DNA of 64,000 nucleotides, from the NCBI RefSeq assembly GCF_963921235.1, contig NC_086097.1, forward strand, positions 219,358,001-219,422,000, given 5' to 3'. A program made the position numbers and the translations under genes. Position 1 is the stretch's first letter. Each line of letters starts with the position of its first letter. Below, piece by piece: positions 38,922 through 52,689 of the stretch. Source of the stretch: Mobula hypostoma (taxonomy: Eukaryota). The notes beneath the pieces are model-generated. The model was not told the origin of the DNA. It did no database searches and saw only the letters and a list, made by a program, of their open reading frames with translations.

Positions 38922-40510
38922 CGCAACACACACAAAATGCTGGAAGAACCCAGGTCAGGCAACATCTATGGGAAAGAGTAAGCAGTCGACATTTCGGGCC
39001 GAGACCGTCATCAGGATTGGAAACGAAGAGGAGAAGTTGGAATAAGAAGGTGGGGAAGGGGAGGAAGAAGTACAAGGTAGTAGGTGATAGGTGATAGGTG
39101 AAACTGCATGAAGTAAAGAGCTTGGAAGTTGATTGATGAAAGAGATAAAGGGCTGGAGAAGGGGGAATCTGATAGAAGAGGGCAGAAGTCATTGGAAGAA
39201 AGGGAGGTGGGAGGAGCACCAGAGTCAGGTGACAGGCAGGTAAGAAGAAAAGGTGAGAGAGGGAAACAGGAATGGGGAGTGATGAAGAAGAAGGGAAAGG
39301 GGCAATTACCAGAAGTTGAAGAAATCGATGTTCATGTCATCAGGTTGAAGCGGACACAGACGGAATATAAGCTGTTGCTCATCCATGCTGACCGTGACCT
39401 CATTACAGCAATAGAAGAGGAGCCCATGTCAGAATGAGAATGTGAAGTAGAATTGAAATGTGTGGCCTCCGGGAGATCCCACTTTTTGTGGTGGATGGAG
39501 CATAGTAGCTCGGCAAGGCCATCTCCCAATCAACATCAGGTCTCACCGATATACAGAAGGTCACACCGGGAGCACCTGATAGAGTAGACGACCCCAACAG
39601 CCTCGCAGGTGAAGCGTTGCCTCACCTGGGAGGACTGTTTGGGGCACTGAATGGTAGTGAGGGAGGAGGTGTAGCACTTAAGCCATTTGCAAGGATAAGT
39701 GCTAGGAGGGAGATCAGTAATAAGGGACGAATAGACATAGGAGTCACGTAAGGAGTGATCCCTGCGGGAAGTGGAAAGTGGCGGGGGGGAGGGAAAGATG
39801 TGCTTGGTGGTGAGATCCTGTTGGAGATGGCGGAAGTTACAGGGAATTATGTGCTGGATCCCTGGATCCGGAGGCTAGTGGAATGGTAGGCGAGTACAAG
39901 AGGAACCCTATCCTTGTTGAAGAGGCAAGAGGGTGGAATGAGGAAAGATGTGAGCAAAATGGAAGAGATGTGGATGAGGGCAGTATTGATGGTGGGGGAA
40001 GGGAAGCCCCTTTCTTTGAAGGAGACATCTCCGTAGTTCAGGAATTAAAAGCTCCACCCTGAGGGCAGATGTGGCAGAAATGGAGGAATTGGGAGAAGGG
40101 AATGGCATTTTTACAAGTGACAGAGTGCAAAGAAGTATTGGCAAGGTAGCTGTGAGAGTCAGTGGGTTTATAAAAGATATCAGTAGGTAGACTGTCTCCA
40201 GAGATGGAGACAGAAATATCTAGAAAGGGGAGGGAGGTGTTGGAAATGGACCAAGTAACGTTGAGGGCAGGGTGGAAGTTGGAGGTAAAGTTGATGAAGT
40301 CGAGGAGCTCAGCATGGATGCAGGAAGCAGCACCAATGAAGTCGTCAGTATAGCGTAGGAAAAGTTGGAGAACGATGCCAGTGCAGATTTGAAAAATAGA
40401 CTGTTCCAATTGGCTGACAAAAAGGTAGGCATAGTTGGGAACCATGGTGACACCTTTGGTTTGAAGGAAGTGGAAGGAGCTGAAGGAGAAATCATTTAGG
40501 GCGAGGACTG
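38922..40510 (-). mobile_element. Penelope-like element (RT C-half, GIY-YIG, 3' hammerhead)
   Basis: FLRYTDD, LPFLDISV, FYKPTDSHSYL, ATHFNSTSHSHSD. Hammerhead reverse complement at 38983-39018. Confidence 0.9.
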
Positions 40511-40644
40511 TGCTATAATGTGTGTAGAACTTCAGTTCCCAGTGTGCAATGAGGGTGGTTCGACCAGAATCGAAAGTGATGAGGGTAAGCTGGTTGCATG
40601 GTGAAGCTGAAGCCTTTACTGGAGTGTCCCCTGCTCCGCTATTT

Positions 40645-43600
40645 CATCATAGCTGATCCAATTTTCCTCTCAATCCCAATCTCATGCCTTCTCCCTGTAT
40701 CCCTTCATACCCTGACCAATCAAGAGTCTGTCAACTTCTGCCTTAAATATACATAAAGACTTGGCCTCCACAGCGTCCTGTGGCAAAGAATTCCAAAGAT
40801 TCACAACTCTCTGGCTTAAGAAATTCCTCATCTCCATTCTGAAAGGACACCCTCTATTCTGAGGCAGTGTCCTCTGGAGCTAGACTCTCCCACTATTGGA
40901 AACATCCTCTCCACATTCATTCTATCAAGGCCTTTCACCATTCGATGAGGTCGCCCCTCATTCTTCTGAATTCTAGTGAATACAGGCCCAGAGCCATCAA
41001 ATGCTTTTCATTTGACAAGCCGTTCAATCGTGGAATCACGTTCAGGAATCTCCTTTGAACCCTCTCCAGTTTTGGCATATCCTTTCTACGATAAGGGCCC
41101 AGAACTGCTCACAAAACTCCAACTGTGGCCTCAACAGTGCTTTAAAGACTCAACATTACATTCTTGCGTTTATATTTTAGTATTCTTGAAATGAATGCGA
41201 ACTTTGCATTTGCCTTCCTCACCACAGACTCAACCAGCAAATTAACCTTTAAGGAATCCTGCACAAGGACTCCCAAGTCCCTTTGCACCTCAGTTTTTTG
41301 TATTTTCTATTCATTTTCATTTCTCCTACCAAACTGCAGGACCATACACTTTCCTACACTGTATTCCGTCTGCCATTCATGCTAACTGTGGCCTATTTTA
41401 TCATAAGCCTCCAAGTACCCTGAGACCTCATCCTTAATTATGGACGCCAACATCTTTCCAACATCTGAGGTCAGACTAATTGGTCTATAATTTCCTTTTT
41501 ACTGCCTTGTACCCCCTTGAAGAGTGGAGTGACATTTGCAATTTTCCAGTCTTCTGGAAGCATTCTAGAATCTAGTGATTCTTGAAAGATCCATGATCTC
41601 CTCACCCTCCTCTTTCAGAACTCTGGTGTGTACACCATCCAGTCCAGGTGACTTATCTACCTTCAGACCTTTCAGTTTCCCAAGAACCTACTCTCTAGTT
41701 ATGGTAACTTCACACACTTCATGCCTACTGACACCTGGAATTTCCACCATACTACTAGTATCTTCCACGGTGAAGACTGATGCAAAATACCTATTCAGTT
41801 CATCTGCCATTTCTTATCCCTATTACTACAGTATCTCCCCAGTGTTGTTTTTGAACAGCCTGATATTCATTCTCGCCTCTCTTTTACACTCTATGTATCT
41901 GAAGAAACTTTTTGTATCCTCTTTAATATTATTGGCTGGCTTACTCTTGTATTCCATCTTTACCTTCTTAATGACTTTTTTAATTGCCCTCCGTTGATTT
42001 TTAAAAGTTTTCCAATTCTCTAACTTCTCACTAATTTTTGATCTATTATATGCCCTCTCTTTGGCTTTTATGCTGGCTTTGACTTCTCTTGTTAGCCATG
42101 GTTGTGTCATCTTGTCTTTAGAATACCTATTGCTCTTTGGAGTGTATATATCCTGTGCCTTCTGAATTGGTTTCAGAATTTCCAGCGATTGCTTATGTAC
42201 CATCATCCCTGCCAGTGTCCTTTTCCAATCAATTCTGGCCAGCTCCTCTTTCAAGCCTCTGTAATTCCCTTTACTCCACTGTAATCTTGATACATGCGAC
42301 TTTAGCTTCTCCTTCTCAAATTTCAGAGTGAATTTGATCATATTATGATCACTTGCCCCAAAGGGTTCCTTTACCTTAACCTCTCTAACCAATTCTTCTT
42401 AATTGCACAGCACCCAATCCAGAATAGCTGATCCTCCAGTGGGCTCAACCATGAGCTGCACTAAAAAGCAATCTGATACACACTCTAGAAACTCCCCCTT
42501 GTGGAATCCAGCACTAACCTGATTTTCCCAATCTATCTGCAGATTGAAGTCCCCCATGACTATTGTAACATTGCTCTTTTGACATGTATTTTCTATCTCC
42601 CATTGTAATTTGTAGGCCCCATCCTTACTACCGTTTGGGGGTCTGTATACAACTCCCATCAGGGTCTTTTTACCCTTGCAGTTCCTTTGCTCCATCCACA
42701 ATGATTCAACACCTTCTGACCCTAGGTCACCTCTTTCTAATGATTTGCTTTCATTTTTTTACCGCCCCTTTGCCTTCCTGCCTGTCCTTTTGATTCAATG
42801 TGTACCCTTGGACATTAAGCTCCCCGAAACTCTGCTAGCTGGGCTGCACAGTCTCTCAACACTTCACCAGGTATATTGTCAATAGTCAGACTTTTAAATA
42901 TGATTGTTTATTAATAAATTAGTGCATTTATTAATGCACTACATTGTATTAATTGTGGACATATGTATTAATATTCTGAAAGACTATTTGAATCAGGCTC
43001 AAAGTTCAACGTTAAAAGTAAATGTATTATCAAAATATATATATGCCATCATCTACTACTCTGAGAATCATTTCCTTGCAGGCATTCAAAGTAGATTGAA
43101 AGAAACACAATAGGATCAATGAAAAACTATGCTACCACAGATGGACAAGCAGCCATAGTGCAAAAGACGACAAATTATACAAATAGGCTCCCAGCTATCA
43201 TCTTCTTTCAGCTATGATTCAGTGATGCCTATAATATCATATCTGTCATTCTGCAACAGGGTGCTGCAAGTTCATCGATCTTATTCCATATACCATGTGC
43301 ATTCAAATACAAAACCTTCAGTTCTGTATTCACCCATTTCAATTTTGTCTGCAACTCATCTTATCGACAGCCTCTCCTCACAACACTTTGCTTCTGTTTG
43401 TAAACCAGCTACCTCATCTTCAGCACTGTTATCCATTTTTACTGTGATACTTTTTGCACTGAAATAAATATCGTCAGCTCAGAACACTATTGCACTATGC
43501 CCAACCTTTTGATTCCTAACTTTGTCTGAAGTCTTACCAATATCTGCCTCCACAACCACTCCCTTAACTGTTCTGGCAATCTGGTTCCCATCCCCCTGTA

Positions 43601-43795
43601 ACTCTAGTTTAAACCCCATCATGCAGCATTAACAAACCTTCCCACTAGGATATTATGCCCCTCCAGTTCAGGTGCAAACTATCCCGTCTGTACTGGTCCC
43701 AACTTCCCTAGAAGAGAGCCCAATGATCCAAAAAACTTATGCCCTCCTTCCTACACCAACTCCTTAGTCATGTATTAAACTGTATAATCTTCCTA
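40645..43795 (-). mobile_element. Degraded CR1 LINE ORF2, continuing into ORF1 at 45115-45790
   Basis: GVVYRPPN, GDFNLQIDW, SDHNMIKF. Interrupted at about 42830-43185 and 43813-45115. Confidence 0.85.
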
Positions 43796-43812
43796 GATCT
43801 TCCTAAATGTGA

Positions 43813-44812
43813 ATAAACCCCAGTTGTTTACAATATATATTAATGACTTGGATGAGGGAATTAAATGCAGCATCTCCAAGTTTGCGGATGACACGAAGCT
43901 GGGTGGCAGTGTTAGCAGTGAGGAGGATGCTAAGAGGATGCAGGGTGACTTGGATAGGTTGGGTGAGTGGGCAAACTCATGGCAGATGCAATTTAATGTG
44001 GATAAATGTGAAGTTATCCACTTTGGTGGCAAAAATAGGAAAACAGATTATTATCTGAATGGTGGCCGATTAGGAAAAGGGGAGGTGCAACGAGACCTGG
44101 GTGTCATTATACACCAGTCATTGAAAGTGGGCATGCAGGTACAGCAGGCGGTGAAAAAGGCGAACGGTATGCTGGCATTTATAGCGAGAGGATTCGAGTA
44201 CAGGAGCAGGGAGGTACTACTGCAGTTGTACAAGGCCTTGGTGAGACCACACCTGGAGTATTGTGTGCAGTTTTGGTCCCCTAATCTGAGGAAAGACATC
44301 TTTGCTATAGAGGGAGTACAAAGAAGGTTCACCAGATTGATTCCTGGGATGGCAGGTCTTTCATATGAAGAAAGACTGGATGAACTGGGCTTGTACTCGT
44401 TGGAATTTAGAAGATTGAGGGGGGATCTGATTGAAACGTATAAGATCCTAAAGGGATTGGACAGGCTAGATGCAGGAAGATTGTTCCCGATGTTGGGGAG
44501 GTCTAGAACGAGGGGTCACAGTTTGAGGATAGAGGGGAAGCCTTTTAGGACCGAGGTTAGGAAAAACTTCTTCACACAGAGAGTGGTGAATCTGTGGAAT
44601 TCTCTGCCACAGCAAACTGTTGAGGCCAGTTCATTAGCTATGTTTAAAAGGAAGTTAGATATGGCCCTTGTGGCTACAGGGGTCAGGGGGTATGGAGGGA
44701 AGGCTGGGTTCTGAGTTGGATGATCAGCCATGATCATAATAAATGGCGGTGCAGGCTCGAAGGGCCGAATGGCCTACTCCTGCACCTATTTTCTATGTTT
44801 CTATGTTTCTAT
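43813..44812 (+). mobile_element. Young 5'-truncated CR1 with an open ~300-aa RT C-terminus
   Basis: PQLFTIYINDL..SKFADDTKL through to the natural stop with no disruption. Clean tail. Confidence 0.95.
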
Positions 44813-45115
44813 TAGGAGAGATAAATATGAGAGGACATAGCTTTAGGGTGAAAGGGGAAAGGTTTAGGGGGAACTTCTTCACTTAGAGAGTGGTGGGAGT
44901 GTGGAACGAGCTGCCATCTGACATGGTAAATGCGGGCTCACTCTTAAATTTTACAAATAACTTGGATAGGTACGTGGATGGGAGAGGTCTGGAGGGTTAT
45001 GGACTGGATGCAGGTCAATAGGACTAGCGGAATAATGTTTTGGTACAGACTAGAAGGGCCGAATGGCCTGTTTTCTGTGCTGTAGTATTCCATGGTTCTA
45101 TGGTTCTATGGTTCT
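44813..45115 (+). mobile_element. Second CR1 3' end, in tandem
   Basis: FFT.RVVGVWNELP and (TGGTTCTA)n tail. Confidence 0.8.
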
Positions 45116-46309
45116 GGCCTCACTAGCACATGGCATGGGTAGCAATCCTGAGATCACAGCCCTAGAGGTCCCTGTACTCCCTATGTAGAACCTCGTCCCT
45201 CATCCTACTCATGTCATTGGTACCTATGTGGACCGTGACTTCTGGCTGTTCACCCTCCCACTTAAGAATGCCAAAGTCTTGATCCGATATATTCCGGACT
45301 CTGGAACACTGGGGACAACATGCCATCCGGGAATCTTGTTCTTACCCACAGTGCCTCCTGTCCATTCCCCTAAATAACGAATCCCCTATCACCACTGCAT
45401 GCCTCTTCTTCCTTCTTCACTTCTGAGTCACTGAGGCAGACTGGGTGCCAGAGACCTGACCACTGTAACTTTTCTCTCTTAGGTCATCCCACCCCCCCCC
45501 CCACCCCCGCAAGAGTATCCAGAATGATACACTTGTCGTTGAGGAAGATGGCCACTGGGGAATCTGCACTGGCTCCTTAACCCCTTTCCCCTTCCTGATT
45601 GTCAACCCGTTTCCTGTGTCCTGCACCTTGGGTGTAACTAGCTCTCTATATGTCCTATCTATCACCCTTCAGCCTCCTGAATGATCTGGAGTTCATCCAG
45701 TCCCAGCCCCAACTCCTCAACGCCTTTTTTTAGAAGCTGCAGCTGGATACACTTCTTGCAGTTGTAGACGTCAGGGACACTGGAGCTCTCCCTGCCCTCT
45801 CAGCCCAAAACGTCAACGGTTTACTCTTTCCCATAGATGCTGCTTGGCCTTCTGAGTTCCTCCAGCATTTTGTGTGTGGTGCTTGGATTTCCAGCATCTG
45901 CGGATTTTCTCTCCTTTGTTATGTTCCCTTGTTTTGGATTCAGCTACCCTGGAGTAAAGACTGTTCCCATCCGCCTTACCTGTGCCTCTCATAATTTAAA
46001 ATATTTCTGTAAGGTCGCCCCTCACTCTCTTGTGTTCCAAATAATAAAGATGTAGCTGGGGCAATCCCTCCCTATAACCAGGCTCTCTAGTCCATCAACA
46101 TATTTGTAAATCTTTTCTACACTTTTTCCAGCTTAATCACGTCTTTTTTGTAACAGAATGACCAAAACTGAACACAGTACTCAAAGTGTAGCCTCATCAA
46201 CAAATTATTCAGCTACAAAATGGTATCCCAGTTCCTGATGGCCAGCATGTTAGATACCTTTGTCTAGCATGTCTACCTCCGGATCCCACTTTCAACAAAC
46301 AATGGACTT

Positions 46310-46685
46310 CAGAATCAGGTTTAATATCACCGGCGTGTGACGTGAAATTTGTTAACTTAGCAGCAGCAGTTCAATGCAATACATAATCTAGCAGAGAAAA
46401 AAAAATAATAAATAAAATAAAAAATAATAATAATAAATAAACAAGTAAATCAATTACGTATATTGAATAGATTTTAAAAACCGTGCAAAAACAGAAATAC
46501 TGTATATTTAAAAAAGGGTGAGAGAGCATCCAAGGATCCAATATCCATTTAGGAATCGGATGGAAGAGGGGAAGAAGCTGTTCCTGAATCACTGAGTGTG
46601 TGCCTTCAGGCTTCTGTATCTCCTACCTGATGGTAACAGTGAGAAAAGGGCATGCCCTGGGTGCTGGAGGTCCTTAATAATGGAC
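46310..46685 (-). mobile_element. Rex1-like 3' end inserted in an old CR1 (45940-46850)
   Basis: Reverse complement of 22140-22490. Confidence 0.85.
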
Positions 46686-46850
46686 TCCTAAGTCCCTCTG
46701 TTCCATTACTCTCCTTGATGCTTTATCAATCATTGTATAAATCCTACACTGGTTTAATTTTGCAAAATACATCACCTGACACTTATCTATTTTGAAATCT
46801 ATTTGCTGCCCTTTGGCCCGCTTCCCTAACTGAACAAGATTCACCTGTAA

Positions 46851-48203
46851 CACTGGGCAATACATTTTTTTGAACTGTTGCTTCCTCAGAATTTTTTTTG
46901 TTCATGATAGACTGCTTGAAGCTGAGCACAAATAAACTTTCAGACTATTTGTACCATACCGGAATTTGGAGAAAAAAGGAATTAACTTTTATTGAATGAA
47001 TGAGGTCTCCATTCGTCAGGGTTGGCCATGGATGTTGTATCCTGGCTGTCTAGATACGCACGCCTGAGTAGTGTGATATGGAGAGCAAGCTGTAGCCCAC
47101 ATAGCAAATTCCCCTATCCACACATCTGATGAACCCAAAGGGACGGCAGAGACCGATACAGTTTGCTCCCAGCAGCATCACAGGAGTGCGTCAGTCAGCA
47201 ATGAACTCAATGCAAGACTGCCTTAGGGCTTCCAGCTCTGTTTTTTTCCCCTCAGGGTTTACTCCCAAAGCCTTCCACTTGAGTGAGTATACCTGCAAGG
47301 CAGTGTAAGTTTGAGATCAGAGTTTTCCTTCTCCTAGTTGAGCAGCCAACCATAACTGATGAGATCCATCTGCCAGATGCAAATTGGTTTTAAGGCGCCA
47401 GTAACCCACCTTTGCCCCTTCTCCTGTCAGTAGAAACAGTTTCACCGAGCTAGGAGCTGGACTTGGTTGCCAGAGGCTATTTGAGGCACATACCATTGGG
47501 AGTATTTAATAGGTAGTGGGACCTTGTCCCCATTACAACCCCTGACTATAAGAACCTTAAAGAACCATTTAATGAATATAACACATTTAATTCCACAACA
47601 GTGCTGAGACTTTGCTATAGTTCAACTAAGCTATAAATGTTTTGTTGATGATTTTCATTTGTACTCAGTTTATGAGGCTTCTCACTTAAGTCTCCAACAA
47701 TAATCAGCCTACATTGATGGATTCCAGTTGCCCTGGTACCGTTTTTCCATGACCTCATTCTCCTGTGAAACCATTCACCATGCTCGTCACTGACAATGCC
47801 AAGATTTGCAGGGAAGAAGTCTAAATGGGAATGCAGAAAATGAATCTTTAGTGACATGTTGCACTTCATGGTTTTGTATGCTTGAAGCAGGTTGTCAACG
47901 AGGTGCATGTAGTTTGGTGCTCTGTAGTTGCCAAGAAAATTTTCAACAACATCCTTGAAAGCCTTCATGCAATTTTCTCCAGTCCCATTCAAAGTTCTTC
48001 AAATTGCCTGTCATTAATGATCTGGTTGATTTCTGGACCAACAAAAATGCCTTCCTTAATCTTGGCATCGGTAATTCTGAGTGTGAATTATGAAATATGA
48101 AATAACAAATACAGGCGATTTCAAAAGGATAGTGTGTGATGGGGAAATTTCATGGTGATTTTCATGATCAGCAGTCCAAAGTCCATTTAATAAACCCAAT
48201 GTA
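46851..48203 (-). mobile_element. Internally deleted Chapaev3-like (CMC) DNA transposon
   Basis: Transposase C-terminus ITDAKIKEGIFVGP...FKDVVENFLGN...MSLKIHFLHSHLDFFPANLG.VSDEHGE.FH at 47615-48080. CACTG terminus at 46851. Split by the repeat at 47003-47565. Confidence 0.75.
47003..47565 (-). mobile_element. SINE-like repeat, same family as 4245-5975
   Basis: Reverse-complement similarity to 4245-5975. Flanks att(g/t)aatgaat form an imperfect TSD. Confidence 0.65.
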
Positions 48204-48429
48204 ATCTATCATAACTTTCTTCACTATGAACAGCACTTACCAATTCTATATCATTCACAAGTTTATCGATCAAGCCATATGCATTTGCATCCAAATCATT
48301 TCTATAAATAATGAGTAACAAGGGTTCCAACTTTGACCCCTTTGGTACACCACTAGTCACCAGCCTGCGAGAGAGAGAGAGAGAGAGGCAATACTATGCA
48401 GTTCTAAGCATGACAGCTCACCTTTATCA

Positions 48430-49068
48430 GACTCCGTGTCGTCTGTTTCACATTCACTCACTTCATGCATTTGCCACATGAGGGGATTTGCCACTTCGGT
48501 AACATTATTGACTTCTTGCACCATTCAGGGACATTTTGTGCAATTCACATTCTAACCTCTTTCTATCATTCTGCTGCATCCTTTGCTGCAGTCTGTAACA
48601 ATTTTGCAATGGTCAATGCCCATTCTAAGGTTAGGTCTCTTTCTGACATAGCCTCTTTTGAGTGCTTTGGCTATGCATGCCACATACAAGTCAGACCCTC
48701 AATGCATCTCTAAAGTCACAATACTAGGAAAGTTTGTACAGCTCTGTATTCAGAAATGATTTCATCCTTTGATTTGTTCCTTTTGTAAAATCTAAATCTC
48801 TCAGCTATTACCAATGGTTTTGGGCTCAAGCGATTTTGCAAAATTGTAACAATTTCATCAAACATCTTGCTTCCTGGCTTTTCAGGGGCTACTAGGTTGC
48901 ATACGAGACCGTACATTCTAGCACCCATTAAGCTATGAAGCCTGAGGGCTTTCTTTGCACAACCACATCACACTCCTTACTATACAGTCCAACCCTCTCT
49001 GTATAAGACTCCCAGCCTTCATTGGCACTATCAAGTTCTTGAACCTTTCTGACTGAAATCATTGCCAT
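48430..49068 (-). mobile_element. Ty3/Gypsy gag remnant
   Basis: MAM...ELDSANEGWESYTERV..., NLVAPEKPGSK.FDEIV.ILQN.LSPKPLVIAERFRFYKR, DALR..LVCG. Frameshifted. Confidence 0.8.
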
Positions 49069-49091
49069 GTTATTTTCACTTTAAGTTTGCT

Positions 49092-49191
49092 GGAGTCCTG
49101 CTGAAGGGTCTCAGCCTGAAACATCGACTGTACTTTTTCCATAGATGCTGCCTGGCCTGCTGAGTTCCTCCAGCGTTTTGTGTGTGTTGCT
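49092..49191 (+). mobile_element. Solo PLE terminus with a mutated hammerhead (CTGCTGA)
   Basis: agtcctgctgaagggtctcagcctgaaacatcgact...gtgtgttgc. Confidence 0.8.
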
Positions 49192-49227
49192 GGGAGATGA
49201 CTTTAACTGGTCTATTCACATTGCAGC

Positions 49228-49316
49228 GAGGGAGGGAGAGAGAGAGAGAAAGAGAGAGAGAGAGGGAGAGAGAGAGAGGGGGAGAGAGAGACGGAGGGAG
49301 AGAGAGAGAGGGAGGG

Positions 49317-49347
<31 letters not shown>

Positions 49348-49388
49348 GGGGGAGAGAGAGACGGAGGGAGAGAGAGAGAGAGGGAGGG

Positions 49389-49419
<31 letters not shown>

Positions 49420-49482
49420 AGGGAGAGAGAGAGAGAGAGAGAGAGGGGGAGAGAGAGAGGGGGAGAGAGACGGAGGGAGAGA
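49228..49482. repeat. (GA)n/GAGG polypurine microsatellite
   Basis: About 255 bp of almost pure purine on the + strand. Confidence 0.97.
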
Positions 49483-50437
49483 GCAATGTGCATGTGGAGA
49501 CAACAGATCAAAACACATGTGTAAACAGATCATATGTAGTGCTCTAAAAGAAATACATCCAAACATCACAATAAGGATGCCTGAAAAAGGTTGAAAGAAT
49601 GAGACACACCATAGAAACAAGAACTCCTAAAATCAAGGAGTTAATGTGGATATCATTAAGTGGAGTTGCCTATGAAAGTCCAAATACTTTTTCTGATTGG
49701 ATGTAGAATTGAGGCCATGTTGTCCTCCAATTCTCCTGGGCACCTGTGCTCACTACCTGCACTGTTCACACAACTGCATTTTCTTTTTGTTACCTCCGCC
49801 CCCCCACCCCCTCACCCAACAAATCCGACTGGCCTTGGGATCTGGCTGATGCCATTCTCCGGTGCGCAAGAGTAACCCGGCAGGCTGCATATTCTGAGTG
49901 CTTTTCTCTGAATTGTCCTGATGTCTTTTGGCTGCCCCTCATCTCGATTTTTGAGTAGTTTTTAAAAACGTCCAATGATCAGACATTTAAGAACATTTCA
50001 GAGGATTTAAATATATTTTCCAACGATTAAAAAAGTATAAAATGATGAAAAATAGAAACAGAAAATGCTGGTGACACTTAGCAGGCAGACCAAGCAGAGC
50101 CCGCAGGCAGAAAAAAATCAAGAGTTCATTTTTTCAGGTCAAAGATCCTTCGTCAGGTTTCCAGCATTTCCAGTTTATTTGATTTTCATTTAAGAGCTAG
50201 AAGTTACTTAACAACATTTAGATTCAATAATAGAAAGGATCCCTGCTAGATTAATTTCCTGTTTTTGGTTTCCCAATCCTTTAGCTCAGCGTGCTTATGC
50301 TCTGCCCTTCAGCATGGTGCACAGTAGGAGGTCAGATGTGCTGGCAAACTGTAGAGACAGAAGCTCCACAGCAGATGACCCTCCCCACACACACACACGC
50401 CCCAGCTCATTGTCAATTCTTGATCAAATTGCTAAGG

Positions 50438-50746
50438 AACATAGAAACATAGAAAACCTACAGCACAATACAGTCCCTTCGGCCCACAATGCTGTGCCGA
50501 ACACCTACTTACTTTAGAAATTACCTAGGCTTACCCATATCCCTGTGTTTTTCTAAGCTCCATGTACCTATCCAGGAGTCTCTTAAAAGGCCCTATTGTA
50601 TCCACCTCCACCACCATCGCGGCAGCCTGTTCCATGCACTCACCACTCTCTGTGTAAAAAACTTACCCCTGACATCTCCTCTGTACCTGCTTCCAAGCAC
50701 CTTAAAACTGTGCCCTCTCGTGTTAGCCATTTCAGCCCTGGGAAAA
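50438..50746 (-). mobile_element. CR1 3' end
   Basis: Tail catagaaacatagaaa; rc reads FFTQRVVSAWNRLP. Confidence 0.85.
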
Positions 50747-51202
50747 TGCATGCTGGTACTTACTTACACTTTTTGTCTGGATGGTATTACTAGCAATCGA
50801 TTTGAAATTGCTGATACTCATTTCATCAAGTATGAAGAGTGCTTCCTCTCTTTACCACCTAAAGGCAACTCTTGTGTTATAGGGTGTCAGAAATTCATCC
50901 TTCCAACATTCACAAGTCATTACACATAACATGTTGCAAGATGGAATAAAATTCACTTTCATTAAATAAATCAATGCACTTTTTTCTGCGTGTATTTCTT
51001 GACTCCTTTGCAAATATAGTGGTTTCACTTTATGGAAAATGGTGATAAGCTCTGTTTTCTAATAATGCAATCACCCAATAACACGGGAATCACCTATATT
51101 CACTGAGGCTACATAATTGTATTCTGTATTATTTTATTCATTACTCATAATTTTAAAACTTGAAAAAAACTTAAAACCTGAAGCTACTGACAGGAATGAT
51201 AA

Positions 51203-51685
51203 GGTTGAAAGAATACAGGGAAAATTTACAAGGATGTTGCTGGATCTGGTGGATCTGAGTTATAAGGAAAATTGAATAGGTTAGGACTTTATTCCTTGGA
51301 ATGTAGAAGATTAAGAGGAGATTTGAAAGAGTTATACAAAATTATGAGGGGTATAGATAGGGTAAATGCAAGCAGGCTTTTTCCACTGAGGTTGAGTGGG
51401 ACTACAACCAGAGGTCATGGGTTAAGGGTGAAAGGTGAGCTGTTTAAGGGGAACATGAGGGGAAACCTTTTAACTCATAGGGTCATGAGAGTGTGAAACA
51501 AGCTGCCAGCTCAAGGGGTGCTTGCAAGCTTTATTTCAAAGTTCAAGAGAAGTTTGGATAGGTACGTGAATGGTAGGGGTATGGAGGGCTCTGGTCCAGA
51601 TGCAGTTCAATGGAAGTAGGCAGTTTAAGTAATTCGGCATGGACAATGGCCTGTTTCTGTGCTGTACTTTTCTATGACTCTATGA
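51203..51685 (+). mobile_element. CR1 3' fragment
   Basis: LGLYSLECRRLRGDL...TRGHGLRV. Confidence 0.85.
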
Positions 51686-52214
51686 AATGAATCAAAGGAC
51701 TAAAAAATGACCCTGGAAACTGAAAAACAGTTACACTTATAATGCATTTCAATCAATTCTTTTATACAAGCAAATACTAGAAATTTAATCCCTTCAGTTT
51801 AAACAATTTATTTTTCCACCAGAAAAATCTCAAAAGAATGTGGCAGGATTGTGTCTTTTTCTGGACCTAATCATTCAAACTGTGTAGGAGTTGATGAAAT
51901 ATGTTTTCCTTTCTGGGTTGAATATTTATCTTGCAGATAACTATCAGTTAATCTCCCACTACCTACTGACTGATTAACCTGCTCAGGGATTAAAAACCAC
52001 AGACACCACTCATGAAGTGTCTCAATGCATGATAGAACCATCCCTATCTAAACTCTACGTGACAAGCTGCTCAATAATTCCTTACTGCTTGTGTTTGAAC
52101 CTGTTGATCGACAGTTTTTCTGCTATTCAACTTTTGCTAATACTTGGGCCGTGCCCTCACATTCCAGAAAAGTCAGATAATAGTCTGTATTCCCAGGTCA
52201 ACATTACTCTGACT

Positions 52215-52602
52215 GCCACTCTGCTAACTGCATAGATGGAGGCATCAAAGTAGAAATGGTGGAACCACTCTCGCAGGATATTGAAGAGGCACACAGTTTT
52301 CTCTTGGACAAGGTGTAACACCTGCTTAGACCCCTGAACAGGGTCATGGAAACCATGGGAGCAGGAGGTGGATGGTCGTATGAGCAGCTGGTGCATATCA
52401 CAAGTCCTGGTTATGTGAATACTGACACCAGGTAGACTATCTTTGAAGAGAGTTGATAATGGCTGGGATCATCTGTCTTGTAAAGACACCGCCCAGAAGA
52501 AGGCAATGGCAAACCACTTCTGAAGAAAGATTTTTTCAGGGACATCGTGGACAAAGATCATGATCACCCATGGCATATGACACAGCACACAATGATGATA
52601 AT
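52215..52602 (+). mobile_element. SINE-like repeat, second copy of 16265-16620
   Basis: Direct similarity to 16265-16620. Confidence 0.65.
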
Positions 52603-52689
52603 GAATGTTTGGTACAACAAAATCTGTCTTAATCTTGTGGACAATTCTGGCCCCACACCAACTGCCATTGGGACATCAACCATCTTGAC

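Noticed and set aside
49076..49620. ORFs rich in ER/SL dipeptides
   Set aside because: They are translations of the GA microsatellite.
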